64,000 nt of DNA from Tubulanus polymorphus. Its lineage: Eukaryota; Animalia; Nemertea. Shown here piece by piece: positions 46,466-61,400 of this stretch. The notes below the pieces were generated by a model. It saw only the letters and a program-made list of their open reading frames with translations, had not been told where the DNA came from and ran no database searches. A program made the translations under genes and the position numbers. Position 1 is the first letter of the stretch. Every line of letters begins with the position of its first letter. The stretch spans positions 496,001 through 560,000 of the forward strand of contig NC_134025.1 in NCBI RefSeq assembly GCF_964204645.1, in the 5' to 3' direction.

Positions 46466-48364
46466 CCTGAAAATAAACACACACCGCCATCATCATCACT
46501 AATAGCACATTAGATTGGAGGGATCTGGAAGAGGAGAGACCTCTCTCGTCCTCTCTCGACCTCTCTCGTCCTCTCTCGTAGAAGCTATGCTCAACGTAGG
46601 GAGTCCCCATTCAGCACATCGCTAAGAGATTTCGATCTCGAAATAGGGAATTCTAATTCTCCCTTTACTTTTAATTGATTTGATTTGATTCAAGGCTCAT
46701 TTCTGTCACACCTGCCGAGAACGAGAAACAAGTGCTTGATTTTGGAATGGCTGGATGGATCAAATTTACAGAATGTTTTCTTTAAATCGATCTAGAAATG
46801 ATATTAGCCGATGAGAATTCATACATATCTGAGGATATCAAAATCAGAGATCTTCAAGCTCTATCCCCCAATAATTCTGGATCCACCCCGAATCCCCCTC
46901 CACCTACCAGGATCCCCTCCACCTATACCTGAATCCCCCTCCATCCACCCGAATCCGCCTGCACCGACCTGAATCCCCTCCACCCGAATCTCCCTCCACC
47001 TACCGGAGTGTATAACTGATCAGTTCAATATCATGATGTATAATTTACCTGACAATTTGACTCGTTTTCTACTGTTTTTTACTCTTCATATCAACTACAA
47101 CGACATCGGAAAATACTGCATTATTAATATGAACAACAGATCAGCGGTAAATGCCGCCGAACAAGTTTATATGTATATGACCTATCTGTATTCATTAGAA
47201 AAAAAATTTATTTTCTCTTTCATTTATCGTTTTATTAACATATTCATAAATCAACCGCGGTCTGGTGGTTATTAGAATTTAAAACCGTTATAGATTTTGA
47301 AAGGAAATCTACGAACTTATAATCCAGTATATACGTAAACTTGAACGGCTGGAAATCCAGGGAACCTGTGAGTCGCGTTATTACAATTTTGGAAATCAAA
47401 AGTGACAGTCAATCTCTAGAAAATAAGCTCCTGGATTCGCCCCTGATTCACAATCAACAACCCACAGGAAATTGATCTACCACCGGACAATTTCTCGTGT
47501 CATTTCGCAGTAGCTTGTCTGTAAACAAGAACAACAGTTCTGACCTCAATAGTCAATAGTCATTTGGTTCAAACATAATTAAGTCATTATACAACCACTT
47601 TTACACCAATCTATCTAATAACGTTATGTTTACTTTGTATATGACCTTTAGTCACGTGTTGTTTATTATATTTGCGAGTTATTTCTTAAGTACGCTTTGA
47701 AATTAATACGTGTAGATTTTAATGCAAAATGGAAACTGAGCAGCGGATATCGTGGAGATTTCAGGAGGTTTTCTAGAGTTCAGTTTATTTATGATATTCG
47801 GAATAATAGCGACAATAAAAGTAAATACTGGCAGATGTTCAATACATTAGCTGTATATTTGTTAACAGATTGTGAATCCTTCAGACATCCGATGTTCATT
47901 TTGTTTCTATTCGACATCAGACTCGTCAATCATTGTTTGCCATCTGACGCTATTATTTCAATTTTCATTAGTTGATGATACAGCTTTTGAAAAAATTTCA
48001 ATCAGTCTGAAGTTCAATCAATAAACTACGCGTATCAAGAACGAATTCCTCCGGCGTCGATTGAGAATCATGAAAATATTTGCAGAAACTGGAATATCAA
48101 ACAGTTATCAATCGTAGGTGACCTCAGCTATTACCCTGAATAGGTTTCTGGGTCATCGTAGGTTTGACAAACCTTTTGAATAAATGAGACATAAATGAGA
48201 TAAAATAGTCTCCGACTCTGAGACACATGTATATAATTCTAACACATGCCGGAATCAATGTCGACAAGTGCTTAGCAATAAAAGGCATAAAAAATAAATC
48301 AAATATAATGTAGTGTGCAGTCAGTCGCGACCCTGGGATTCATAACCCTGGGGACTATAAATGC

Positions 48365-48995
48365 CACTGTGGTGACCGAGGGCTGGCCAGCACTGTGGTA
48401 ATTGAGGGCTGGCCGGCACTGTGGTGACCGAGGGCTGGCCAGCACTGTGGTAATTGAGGGCTGGCCGGCACTGTGGTGACTGAGGGCTGGCCGGCACTGT
48501 GGTGACTGAGGGCTGGCCGGCACTGTGGTAATTGAGGGCTGGTCGGCACTGTGGTGACCGAGGGCTGGCCAGCACTGTGGTAATTGAGGGCTGGCCGGCA
48601 CTGTGGTAATTGAGGGCTGGCCAGCACTGTGGTAATTGAGGGCTGGCCAGCACTGTGGTAATTGAGGGCTGGCAAGCACTGTGGTAATTGAGGGCTGGCC
48701 GGCACTGTGGTGACCGAGGGCTGGCCAGCACTGTGGTAATTGAGGGCTGGCCAGCACTGTGGTAATTGAGGGCTGGCAAGCACTGTGGTAATTGAGGGCT
48801 GGCCGGCACTGTGGTGACCGAGGGCTGGCCAGCACTGTGGTAATTGAGGGCTGGCAAGCACTGTGGTAATTGAGGGCTGGCCGGCACTGTGGTGACCGAG
48901 GGCTGGCCAGCACTGTGGTAATTGAGGGCTGGCAGGCACTGTGGTAATTGAGGGCTGGCCGGCACTGTGGTGACCGAGGGCTGGCCAGCACTGGT
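48365..48995 (+). repeat. 26-bp minisatellite, about 24 copies (cactgtggtaattgagggctggccag and variants)
   Basis: Tandem units; source of spurious 194-255 aa ORFs. Confidence 0.96.
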
Positions 48996-49432
48996 ATTAA
49001 AGATTTTAAACGTATTAAGATCAGGTGGAATTTTAATAGACTCGTTGGTGAAATGAATGAATACAATATCCCTCAGCCTAAACACCGTGCCTTTTAAATT
49101 CTTTAGATTTTAATTGTATTTTTTAGGAATTATATACATTAAGTTTTTATATAAACCAAGGTATAATAATCATTTATAGGCTCCATAGACATAATTGTGA
49201 GAATTCAAACATAAGGAATGAAAGATAAGTGGATAACTCTGCATTTAAATTCATCACACAGAGACACAGAGCAAAACTCACGAGAAACATTCGATCTAAA
49301 AGTATAACAGGCCGCCTACTTTGACATTGGAAGGATTTGATAATAAAAAGGATGTTTAAAATTAACATATGGTTCTAGAAATGAAGCATTTATAGCTGGT
49401 AACATGTGCGCGATATAAATCCTGAAAATAAG

Positions 49433-49483
49433 TATTTCTGAAGAATGATGCCTATTAGCATATATTTGAAACGTCAAATAAAC
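49433..49483 (+). ncRNA. Minimal type I hammerhead ribozyme-like motif
   Basis: TATTT CTGAAGA atg ATGC ctatta GCAT atattt GAAAC GTC AAATA: perfect 5-bp stem I, both core boxes, GUC triplet. Confidence 0.55.
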
Positions 49484-52481
49484 TACCAGCTGAAGGAAAC
49501 ATTTCAGACTCTGAACTGTAGTAGCGACTGGTATTAATCTCAGTATACAGAGTTTATAAGTAAGAACCCACAGTTTGAACGTTGTTGTCTGACAGTTTAC
49601 GAGTTTATCTAAACTTCCTTGTCGGAGAAACATGAATTACACAATACAATTAATTATCATATAATTTTAGAGTATATTTTATGGGATTTTACAATACGGA
49701 CTTCCTACCTGGCTGTTAGAATCGTGCGAATTAATCCTCTATAAGAACCGGTAATAATAACTTTACGCCCTCAAAATTCTAATCTTATCGTGAAATGTTG
49801 ACCTCATTTTTCTCTACTCCGATCGAAGACGCTTTCAAGAAGTTGAATTCGTGTTCGGTTTACCATAAAAAGAAACGGTATTTCGCGTGATTAACTGACA
49901 TATTTAGTCAGTACGCGCGGAGTGCTGTTTAGTGTTGATATCTCGTACTGTGTCGATCGCTGCTACGAACAACTGTTCACTCTACACTGCTATCATTAGT
50001 TATACAGCCCTGGGAATAAACGTTTTGTAGATTGGTCGAGATGTGAATATGATATTTGTTATTAGGACAGATGTTATTAAATTCCCAGTATAGATTAACC
50101 GTACGTATCCGCTATTGCTACTGTGCATTACAATTACTAGTATTATTAAGTCAATTAAATTATTTCACTAAATTCATACCTAGTTTCGACTAAACCATAA
50201 AACTGAATAAAACCGGGTCGTATCAGAGAAAACTTCTTTTCCCGACGAGTTATCAATCAACCCATGAAACAGCCTCCCAGATTCAGCCGTCGCTGCAAGA
50301 GATATCAACGAATTCAAATCCCTTTTAGACAAACACCGCAACAACAGCTGTAGCGCAAACCACTAAACACGTTCTACTTCGGTTGTGCAACCATAACGAT
50401 GATGGTGATAAAGATAATGATGATCATAATGATAATGATAATGATGTTGATAATGATAACGATGTTGATGATGACGATGATGAATTGGTTTTTCTTTAAA
50501 ATGATATCGATAACCAGTTTTTTTAACACTATTTACAATATGTAAAAGATTAAAAGCGAAATTTATTACTCAACAATTAGACTAATAATTTCGGATTCTC
50601 TTTGAAGTGAGTCCGTTGATGAAATGCACCGTGTTGCAACATCTATTAGAAAAGTAACACACTAAGAATTAAAAATACTATCAGAAATGTTTCCTTATAT
50701 CTAAATACATAAATGAATCTCTGAAGATTAACGCAGCTGTTACTGATATGAATTTCTGTCTACTGTAAAAAAAGATTTACCTTTTTTAACAAAATTACTT
50801 CGAAATTTAACAGGATTATGTATGTATTTTCTTTAAACCAACGCGGTACATAAATAAATAAATGTCATTGACGGTTAGAAGCATTCTACCAGATTCATTA
50901 GTTCGAACTCATCACATCCCGCCTTATGATGAAAACATTCTGCATGAATAAGTTATAATCGGAAATTCTGTCTTCTTTGAAAAATTCATATTTTACGAAT
51001 CAACAATTCGATAATGAACTATATAAATATTGTTTCTGTAAAAACGTGGAACCAGATGAAACATAATTCATCATTGAAAAATTCGCTATTGTGATCTATG
51101 ACGTTACGTTAATAGAAATTACAATCTGGTCTCTCAATATTTTTCTAAAACCTTTTTTCCGTGAATAAATCACGATAAATTCCATCACTCTTGATTAATA
51201 CCTGTAGAACTATTCCATGTCGGTTTTACACGTAACAAAACGGAGATATAATAGTTGAGATTGTCTGTTAAATGTATCCATTATGGTTACTGGGTTTAGC
51301 GTATGTCCAGTCGATGTGAATGTATGTGTTAAATAGAGAAATTACTGTGAATTGGATTTATTGATTAATTGTAATGACACACGTGTTTAAACAGAGAGTG
51401 AGAGGGGTTACAGATGTTACATATCACTACTACTATCGCCCCCTGACGGTCCTGTAGCGTACTACGTACATACCCTCAGATTTTACTGCAAGTACATATT
51501 TGGAAATGAACAAATGTTTCGGACGCCGACTCAAATCTTATTCAAACCTATGGAACTGGATCCAGCCTCACAGTTGGGAATTAAGAGTCCATGATTTAAA
51601 TCGTAGCTGAGGACGGGGGAACGCTGCAAGGCTCTGAAATTCATCCATCGATACAGAAACGAACACCGTAAAATATGTGATAAATAAAAATCTAAACGCA
51701 GTATATTATTTGATAGTAGATAACTATTATTATATTGTGAAAGATAACACTTACAATATAATACAGCATCAAATACAGCGAATAAATACAAATATATTTC
51801 CATTCATAGATTACATTGTAGCAATAACTTACAATACAATAAATGTTCTATAAAAGTGTGTAAATTATACAGAAACAAAAACGATATTACAGATCACAAA
51901 TCTTACTTTTGACATGGTTTTTTAACTTGCATTGATATATCAGATCTAACATTTGCAGCCCTGCTGTTGCAATGAAAATAAAGGTTGTAAATAAACTTGT
52001 AGAATTCATAATATATGAATAAATAAGTGTAAAGTTTGGACGGTTTGAAGTTTAATATCACAGCTTCAATCCTTTTACACGCAATATTATGTTTTTCGTT
52101 TTCCAGTAAAAAGTTTTATAGATTCGAGGATATAATACATTTCAATTCATCCCTGAAATACCACAGCAGTTATAATTTCTATTGCAACAAGGATCAGTTA
52201 TTCGCAGTCACGAAAAACAAAACCCGTTGGAAAAATGCTAAAAAGATTAAAATTCCAACATTCATATATGAAAGATATATGCAAAATATTACACTAAGAT
52301 TCATAATACACTTCAGTGACGCGTGACCATTCATGAACACAATAGAGGCCACAAGTATCGTTCACTTGTATCATAATGGACGTCATTTACTGTGAACTGC
52401 ATGCATTCTGACGGTCATTATGACGCGCTGTGGGGTGTACACCTCTACACCCGTCAATAGTTGTTACTATAAACCGAATAT

Positions 52482-55400
52482 CTATTTTGAGATATCAATT
52501 CCTTTTTCATTGGCGATTCTCTTAAACATGGGCTCCATCAGAATATTCTTAGCTCTTGAAACTTTTACGTGATCTTCACCGTAAAGTTCTTTAACGATTC
52601 GATAATGAGAATAGAAATGATTGAAGGCCTCGTAATAGTCTCTCGATTCTTCGTAATAAATTCCACGGTTTATAAAAATTCTCGCCGTCAATAAACTGTT
52701 TTCACCGTAGCAAATCATTGACTTTTCCATCGCTTCATCATACAACTGTAAATATATCAATCGTAATTCATCGTTTTATACTCGATGATCGACTCACATA
52801 AACTAAAGAGGTTTACGCCTCTATTGGTGGTCAAACACAATAACTGATTTTAATGGCAGACCCTCAATGTTTGTAAATACCCCGATTATCTGTGATTCGT
52901 TATGTGTCGAGTCTCCAGGGTCAGTTCCATAGTCATGGCTTAGACATAAGACCAGTCTAAGACCATCTTTCAACTTAGGAGTCAAAAGATCACTTTTTGG
53001 GACACTATGGGACCGACCCCCGTACTGGTTTTGGCAAAAAACTACATAATTATGTCACCTGCAACAGCTCTATACAGACACCCACAATTCATAAATTAAA
53101 AGATTCAAAAGAGAAATTTAGCAAAATCAAACAGCGCGAGCCTATAAAGTCTTTTGAACAAATATTATTTATCCTTTCAAAATTTTCCTTTTATATTTCA
53201 CAAATTTGTAGTGACTTTATAGATATCAGTTCTTACAGTGTGATTAATTTTATACTATATATTTCACCTGTTTTTGTTTAGGTGAACCATTAACTTGTAA
53301 AATTGCAGCAGTCATCACACATTCAGCTACCAGTCCTTCAATCTTTATCTAGAATCAAATGGAAAACAAGAAATACTGTAAAAAAATAAATACTCTGTGA
53401 GAAAAACTACCGCGATCGATAAAAAGATAACATTACTTCGTTAAATATTTGATTAGCAAGTTTTACGGATTCTAGTCCTTCCTCAGCTATTGCACGGGAG
53501 TTTTCGCATGTTGAAATACCACTTAATGTAAATGCTTTCGACAACAGAGCCTTGCCTTCTAAAAACTACAACAAAAACATTACATTTCAATACGAATAAA
53601 ACATGATGAGAATTTCGAGTTATTTTTGAGGTTGTTTTCTAAATACTTTGTATTTTCGTCCATCGATCTTTCTGACCACTTCCAGTAGATCATCAATGGC
53701 AGAAATTATTGACCTCATTAAAGGTAACGAACTTCGATAAATAAATTCAATCAGTTTCTGTCTCTGAAATGATTGAATAAAAACATCAGGAACCAGTTCT
53801 ACAGTTGTAAGTTAACTGTGGATCCAGTTCCACTTCCACAGTTGTAAGTTATAGTTAACTGTGCATCCAGCGCTACAGTTAAGAGTTAACATTTGACCCA
53901 AAGTAAATGCATTAAAAATGAACTAATTCTAACTGAAAACTGTGGAATCGAGTCATGCCCCTCTTACAATAGATCTCAGGATTAAGGGATAGAGTTAGGG
54001 TCAGCAGCCCCGTAATGACTCTCTACTCAATCCGTCAATCTATCATTGGGGGGGATCTGATTCTATGACACCAGATTCTGTTTGAGAAATCATTGAAATG
54101 TAATAGAATTCAAATGTAACTGAATATATGTATATAGTTTTGATAAGCGAATTGTGTATTCTAATGATTTGTGTCATATTGTATTTTTGTCTACTTACAC
54201 CATCCAGTATTTGTACTATTGTCCAGTACAAATGAACCTTTGAAACTAAATCATCTTTTAACGGAGAATTGATGAGATAATTGTGATATTGATCACGAAT
54301 CTGATCAGCTTCATCGTATAATCCTTGCTGTAATCTATAAAATTACACATCAGACATCAGACATTAGACATCAGATTAAACTCATTGAGATACTTACAAT
54401 AAATTAGTGATTTGATTGTAACGTTTTAACAAAACTATAGGTTTTAACTTGACAGCTTTGTTTTCCATGTTGAGAATATTTGCGGTATAAACTTCAGCCA
54501 TTCTTTCTTTTCCTCCGATCTATTTAAATGAAATTTTAAAAGTAATAAAAATGATAGTTCAATAGAGGAAACAACCATTTGCTAAGATGTATATGAGGAG
54601 AGAAGGGATGAGAATTGAAGGGATGAAACCCCCTGATAAATATTTTGATATTTTCATTGTTACTCACCGGTTTCCAGAGGAAGAATAATTCAGAGCTGAA
54701 ATCATGATGATAAAGGCGATCAATCGTGTCCCATTCAGATAGAAATTTAACAAGTTCCTCTTCATATCCGAGATTCATCAACTGATACGGGTATTCCTAT
54801 AAATAAACAACATTCACGTGTACACGGTAGCCAATGGCAGATGTGTACCCGGCACACATGTACTTAGTAGCTGGCACACTTGTACCCAGTAGCTGGCACA
54901 CGTGTACCCGGTAGCTGATGGCACACGTGTACCTAGTAGCTGGCACACGTGTACCCGGTAGCTGGCACACGTGTACCCGGTAGCTGGCACACATGTACCT
55001 GGTAGCTGGCACACATTACATGAATTTATTTTACCTCTATTTTTCTATCAATATCCGCAGTTTGAGCAAAGAATCGACACAGTTTTATTCTCCACCAAGT
55101 GTATAAATCTTTATCGCCTTCAGGATTTTCATCCGTTACTTTAAAATACCTAAAAATAGAACAACATTGAAATCTACAAAACCTGGTCTGAGATATCAGT
55201 TCTTTTTTATCAAAGTATCAATCTACAGCCGGCACACCCTCAGCCTAAACCCTGCACACCCTCAGCCTACATCCTGCACACCCTCAGCCTACATCCTGCA
55301 CACCCTCAATCTACACCCTGCAACCATTCAGACAATCTGCCAAACGACCTTAGTGTATGATGTTAACACAGAGTTGGGTAAGACACATTAGAGTGATGCA

Positions 55401-58400
55401 GATCACTGCAGATAAAACCACTTCCAGGACTGAAGTTGAAACTTGCATCAAAACTATTTGATTCGCGAGGAGTTAACTATGGAACCGGATGACTTAAGGT
55501 TAATGAGAAATCAGTGAAATGCAGCACTAACTTTTTGCGTACAGCTTTACTCAAAGAGCGATGATAGAAATCTAATCTTCCTTCACCGCTGTTTCCAAAT
55601 GGTCGTAAAAACTTGCGTAACGCTCTATAAACAGTCGCCCATTTAAACGCTGATAGCTGCTCCTTATACAACTGTTTCTCTTTACGTTTTGAATCTTTTG
55701 AACCTGAAAACAAATTCCGAAGAGGATATTTCGATATTATCCTGAAATATCACATGACAGATGAAAATTTATTCAAGGTAAGATTAATGAAATCAATTCA
55801 GGTAGAATGTTTCTATACATCTGCAGAGATTTATCAATCTTTTCTAGATGAATGGGTAGAAGCATTCTACCTCAAATGTCACTTTAGCTGATTGTGGGTC
55901 TTTATACATTGTAAACTAACCTTTTTCTTTAGATTTTGAGGGAGGCATCAAATTGTCCTCATCAGCTAATACAATCAGTAATTCTGATTCTAATAATCCG
56001 CGATGAGCCACCTCTAATAATGACAATGTCGCTACCATTAAAGATCCACCATTTTCATGTTCAAATCGGGACAATATCTGACTCAATAAACTGTAATTAT
56101 CAACACAAACACACATCCAATTAGAGTAGGGCTTACCAACGCAAAGTTCAGATTTTCAAAAGCTTTTTATTGAACTCTTGTCATTGCTTAAATTCATGGC
56201 CAGTCTAAGACCATCTAAGTTCTATAGACAATCTAACGAGACCAGGGCCCAGTTTCACAAACAGGTTTAACTCTTAAATCGATTTAATTTCTTCATTAAT
56301 TCAGTTTATCTTAAATCGATCTAGGCCTTAATCCTTTTTGTGAAACTGGGCCCAGTTATTAAGATTTAAGGCAATTTTTAGATTTAAGTCGAGCTGCTTC
56401 AGGTTAAACTCATTTTGAGTCTAATATCGATTTTAAGCATGAATTGGAAATGTTGTGTATTATATTAAATCAGGGACTGCAGTTGTACAAAAGTTGGTTA
56501 AAGTCATAACTTCAACAAACTTTTAAACAACTGATTGTAGAACTAGTACATACTCAGGTAATGTATCAGCCATGCTGTCAATCTTCTCTAGAATTCGCCT
56601 ATAATCACCGAATACTCGTAGTTCCTCACATGCTAACGATAACCACAGTGGATTCGCTGAGTTCTCTTTACTCAATAGATTTATCATCTGATCTAAATCC
56701 AACTGTTTGTTATATTCACCCAAAACTTCTTTGATTATATCCTAAAATTGAAATAATTATTCACATTGAATCTATAGAGAAAAATACAGATATATGCAGG
56801 ACCCTAGGTGCACAGGGATCTTAAATCTTAAGACCTATCTTAAGTTGTTAGATTGGTTATAGAACCAAAATGAGCTTAGACTGGTCTTAAGTTGTTAGAT
56901 TGGTTATAGAACCAAAATGAGCTTAGACTGGTCTTAAGTTGTTAGATTGGTTATAGAACCAAAATGAGCTTAGACTGGTCTTAAGTTGTTGGATTGGTTA
57001 TAGAACCAAAATGAGCTTAGACTGGTCTTAAGTTGATAGATTGGTTATAGAACCAAAATGAGCTTAGACTGGTCTTAAGTTGTTGGATTGGTAATAGAAC
57101 CAAAATGAGCTAAGACTGATCTTAAGTTGTCAGATTGATTATAGAACCAAATTGAGCTTAGACTGGTCTTAAGTTGTCATATTGGTTATAGAACCAAAAT
57201 GAGCTTAGACTTGTCTTAAGTTGTCAGATTGGTTATAGAACCAAAATGAGCTTAGACTGGTCTTAAGTTGTCAGATTGATTATCAGATAGTTGTCAGATT
57301 TGACTAAAATGAGCTTAGAAAAGTCTAAAGTTGTAAGATTGGTTAAAGAACTTAGACCGTGCTTCAATCTAAGTCATGACTGTGCAACTGGACCTAGAGA
57401 ATTTTCAGAATGATGATAAAGACCTTTCGAACTTGTAAACTCAAAGCTCTAACTTGAACTTGTATCGGTTTTTTGGCGCGTTTCAACAAAGTCACGTGAG
57501 GCGGTGTATCGTTAATCATTGACAGTATGACCTTGACGTTTTTCGATAAATTTGTTGGTAACCACGGTAACCGTGTTGAGAATTGATTATCGTCGAATTG
57601 GTTGAGAGCGTCGATGAATATAATGGTCTTCTTCGTGTTCGGATTTGAGAGTAACCCGGAAACCATTTGACACGTGGACTCGAGATCAGCGGGCATCGTC
57701 TGATCCTAAAAGCACAAATATATTATGTTAATTATGATTTAAATATTCATGCGATCGATCGGAGACATCAGAGACTTACATTAACAGCTCTTAGTTCAAT
57801 TAGTAGTCGTTTTAATGTTAATTCAAGGACAGTAGAACCAGGAACCGCTCCGACAAAATGATAGAATCTGTAAACACCATTCCTAGAAAAACAGCAAATT
57901 ATCAATATCTAAATGAATAGATATGGACAGTAAACTCAGTAATGGTCAACTCGCAGGAGGGAAACTCTCGGCGATTTCATGAAATTTACTTAAATCTATT
58001 TTTAAAACATAGTAATTCCCCGATTGTCAACTCGGTGAAATATTCAGAGCCATCTGAACATTATACAGAGTTCCCCGATTGTCAACTCGGTGAAATATTC
58101 AGAGCCATCTGAACATTATACAGAGTTCCCCGATTGTCAACTCGGTGAAATATTCAGAGCCATCTGAACATTATACAGAGTTCCCCGATTGTCAACTCGG
58201 TGAAATATTCAGAGCCATCTGAACATTATACAGAGTTCCCTGATTGTCAACTCTTAAGGCTTAATGCTACACGTAAAGAGTCTGAGGAGAAAATAAGAAC
58301 TTACACCGCTGCAAATGGAATCATATCATTGACACATTTGGCTATGATACTTGTTTTACCAGATCCAGCTGATCCCATTAGTAATAATGGTACACCAGTA

Positions 58401-61400
58401 GACTCTCCTGATATATGATCCTTGATCTAAAATCAAAATCATTTCTCCATCATTTCCCTACTATGTAATAAAGACCCATTATTGCAGCACCTGGGGCCAG
58501 TTGCACAGTCATGACTTAAGTCCAAAAGTGGTCTTAAATCTTAAGACTGGTCTTAAGTTGTTAGATTGGCTACAGAACTAAATTGGTCTTAGACCGGTCT
58601 TAAGATTTAAGACCACTTTTGGACTTAAGTCACGACTTTGCAACTGGCCCCTGGAATTCATTTGCTGGCTCAGAGAGAATATTTATTGGTGATGTGTGAG
58701 AGCGTTGTAATGTGAACGCTTACCGTTTTAATTGTATCCGTTCTTCCTAAAACGATCGACGATCTCTGTTTCATAAACGCCTCGACAGCCTCTTTCTGAG
58801 ACTGATAAATATCAGCCTCAGTAGCGTCTAATAACGGATACTGTCGTTCAATTCTATCTTTAAAAAACTCAAAAACCTAAAATCAAATAAAACAACATCA
58901 ATTCTACAACTAGTTCCACAGTTCTATCAGGATCCAGTTCCACCAGTTTTATCAGTACCCAGTTCTACAGTTTAATCAGGATCCAGTTCCACCAGTACCC
59001 AGTTCCACAGTTTTATCAGTACCCAGTTCCACCAGTACCCAGTTACACAGTTTTATCAGTACCCAGTTTCACCAGTACCCAGTTTTATCAGTACCCAGTT
59101 CCACAGTTCTATCAGTTCCACCAGTACCCAGTTCCACAGTTTTATCAGTACCCAGTTCCACAGTTTTATCAGTACCCAGTTCCGCAGTTTTATCAGTACC
59201 CAGTTCCACAGTTTTATCAGTACCCAGTTCCGCAGTTTTATCAGTACCCAGTTCCACAGTTTTATCAGGATCCAGTTCCACCAGTAGCTAGTACCAAAAG
59301 TTAACTTCATTTTTAACTATTTAACTTTATACTCACAGATTTACGGAAGTTTTCGTCAAGATTCAAAATCGGAATTTTTCGTTCTTTATCAACTTTTACA
59401 AACTGACATTTATAATTCACAATTCGATTTGACTGAAATTACAAGTAAATGATGAAAACTAGAGTGAACCAAATTGCAGTTGAATAGAGAGAGAGGAGGA
59501 AAAAGAGGAGGAAACTTACAGGGAATCTGTTAGCGATCATTTCTCTCAGCATTTTCAGTTTCGACGGAGCGAGGGGGTGTTCATCGAGAAAATAATGGCG
59601 ATGTCCTAAAGGAACTGTATCCAGGAAGCTGTCGTCTCTCATTAGAAATAATGCTGTAAATGGTTCAAAAACACAACAAATTGGGACTGAGATGTAGAGA
59701 TGATTTCAGTGATGTGACGACGGTTCGACCGTACTTACAGTTAGGATTATCCTTTCTGAAAGCGCCGTGAATAATCTCCATTTCAGTCATTGATAAACCA
59801 AATATCCACCGATATTCATCAACCAGACTCCCTGGGATATCTTCAGTATCCGGAATCCAGCCAATTCTCTCGCTGAAATTACAAATTACTCACTAACCGC
59901 AGTATGTTTCAGTATTTAAGAATGTATCTGTTGTAAAAATAAATACCTGGTCATATTGAGAAAGTATGGCATGATATTATCAGCATAGCAGCGATCGATT
60001 TCACCTAAACACATTCTCAATATCATTTCTGAGGTCGAATCTTTGGGTACACCCTGAAAACATGAGTACCGGGTATCAACCAACGACGCTGAATTCAGAA
60101 AATAGTAGAGACAGAGAAGTGAGAGAGAGAGGAGGGGAGAGAGAGGAGAGGGAAAGAGGAGGAGTAGAGAGGAGAGAGAGGAGGGGGAGAGAGGAGAGAG
60201 GAGAGGGAAAGAGGAGGGGTAGAGAGGAGAGAGAGAGAGGAGAGAGGAGGGGTAGAGAAAGGAGGGGTAGAAAGAGGAGAAAGGAGAGGGAGAGAGGAGA
60301 GAAAGGAGGGGTAGAGAGAGGAGGGAGAAGAGGAGGGGTAGAGAGAGGAGGGGAGAGGGAAACTTACCCATCTCAAATCACATTCTAACAAATGAATCTG
60401 TTTGGATTCACACCAAGCCCTCAAATCTGGAAATACCTAAATTAAAGAAACTACATTAACTGAAGAATTTCACTTTGATCTTTACTAAAATTAATGAAAG
60501 TTTTGAAATGTTTTTACCTCTTTAACGAGTACTTCACGTTCATACATGAAATCTTTAAACGTTGATGATACAAATATTCGAACAGTTTTCCAACCGGACC
60601 GACGAACAATCAGATCCATCTTTTCACCGTCGCCGGTAACAACATCTAGAGAATCATTCACCGACATCCTGAAACATGACGAAGCGGTACACTAGGGGGC
60701 GCTCAATGTGAAACAGGGTCTGAGTCGGTTGAAATTACTGATTTGATACCAATAACAGGTAGCAAGTACTGTGTAGGTTTTGCTACAAGTACAGGGCTAT
60801 CTTAGCTTCATCAGGTAAATGAAAAGGCCCTCTAAAAGTCAATGGAGAAACAACAGTAGGCGCCTACAGCAAGAGGCATTCTTTCTGCATTGTATTCATG
60901 TATGCTAACATTATATTTAGTTGAAAACAAAAACTATTGAAGCGCAATTTGATCTAAAATGTCTAATTCATTTAGCAGATGAAGCTGCTATGTAAGCCTA
61001 TACTGGTAGCAAAAGCTCAACATAACAAACAGGAGTCGCCTAGTTAGTTGTGGAAGCTCGCGAGTTCATATTAAAACTTCAGTTAACCAACCAGACAGTA
61101 ATATAAAACGGAGAACCCGTTTTTTGAACCCTAAACCTTTTTAAAATATCATCTGTCAATGTTTTGTTTTGTCAATTTTATTGCTTGTCTAATCATATAT
61201 ATAAATGTTATATGGACCTACACCACGATAAGTATAGATAAGTATAAGTTCAAGATCCAAGTTGAAGTGTCTGTCAGTCAAATCGGTTTAGTCATTAATT
61301 TGACGTGAGCAGATTTACACGATTAAGATTCAACTACTCCTCATAAACACTTACCAAACATCCTCAACTTTTACTGGTTTATTTTTGTCATTTTCGCCTT

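Noticed and set aside
48299-49085. 194-255 aa ORFs on the minus strand
   Set aside because: Read-through of a 26-bp minisatellite in all three frames.
54043-54231. Extra exon of the STAND gene
   Set aside because: The frame required by the flanking exons hits a stop; the model is phase-consistent without it.
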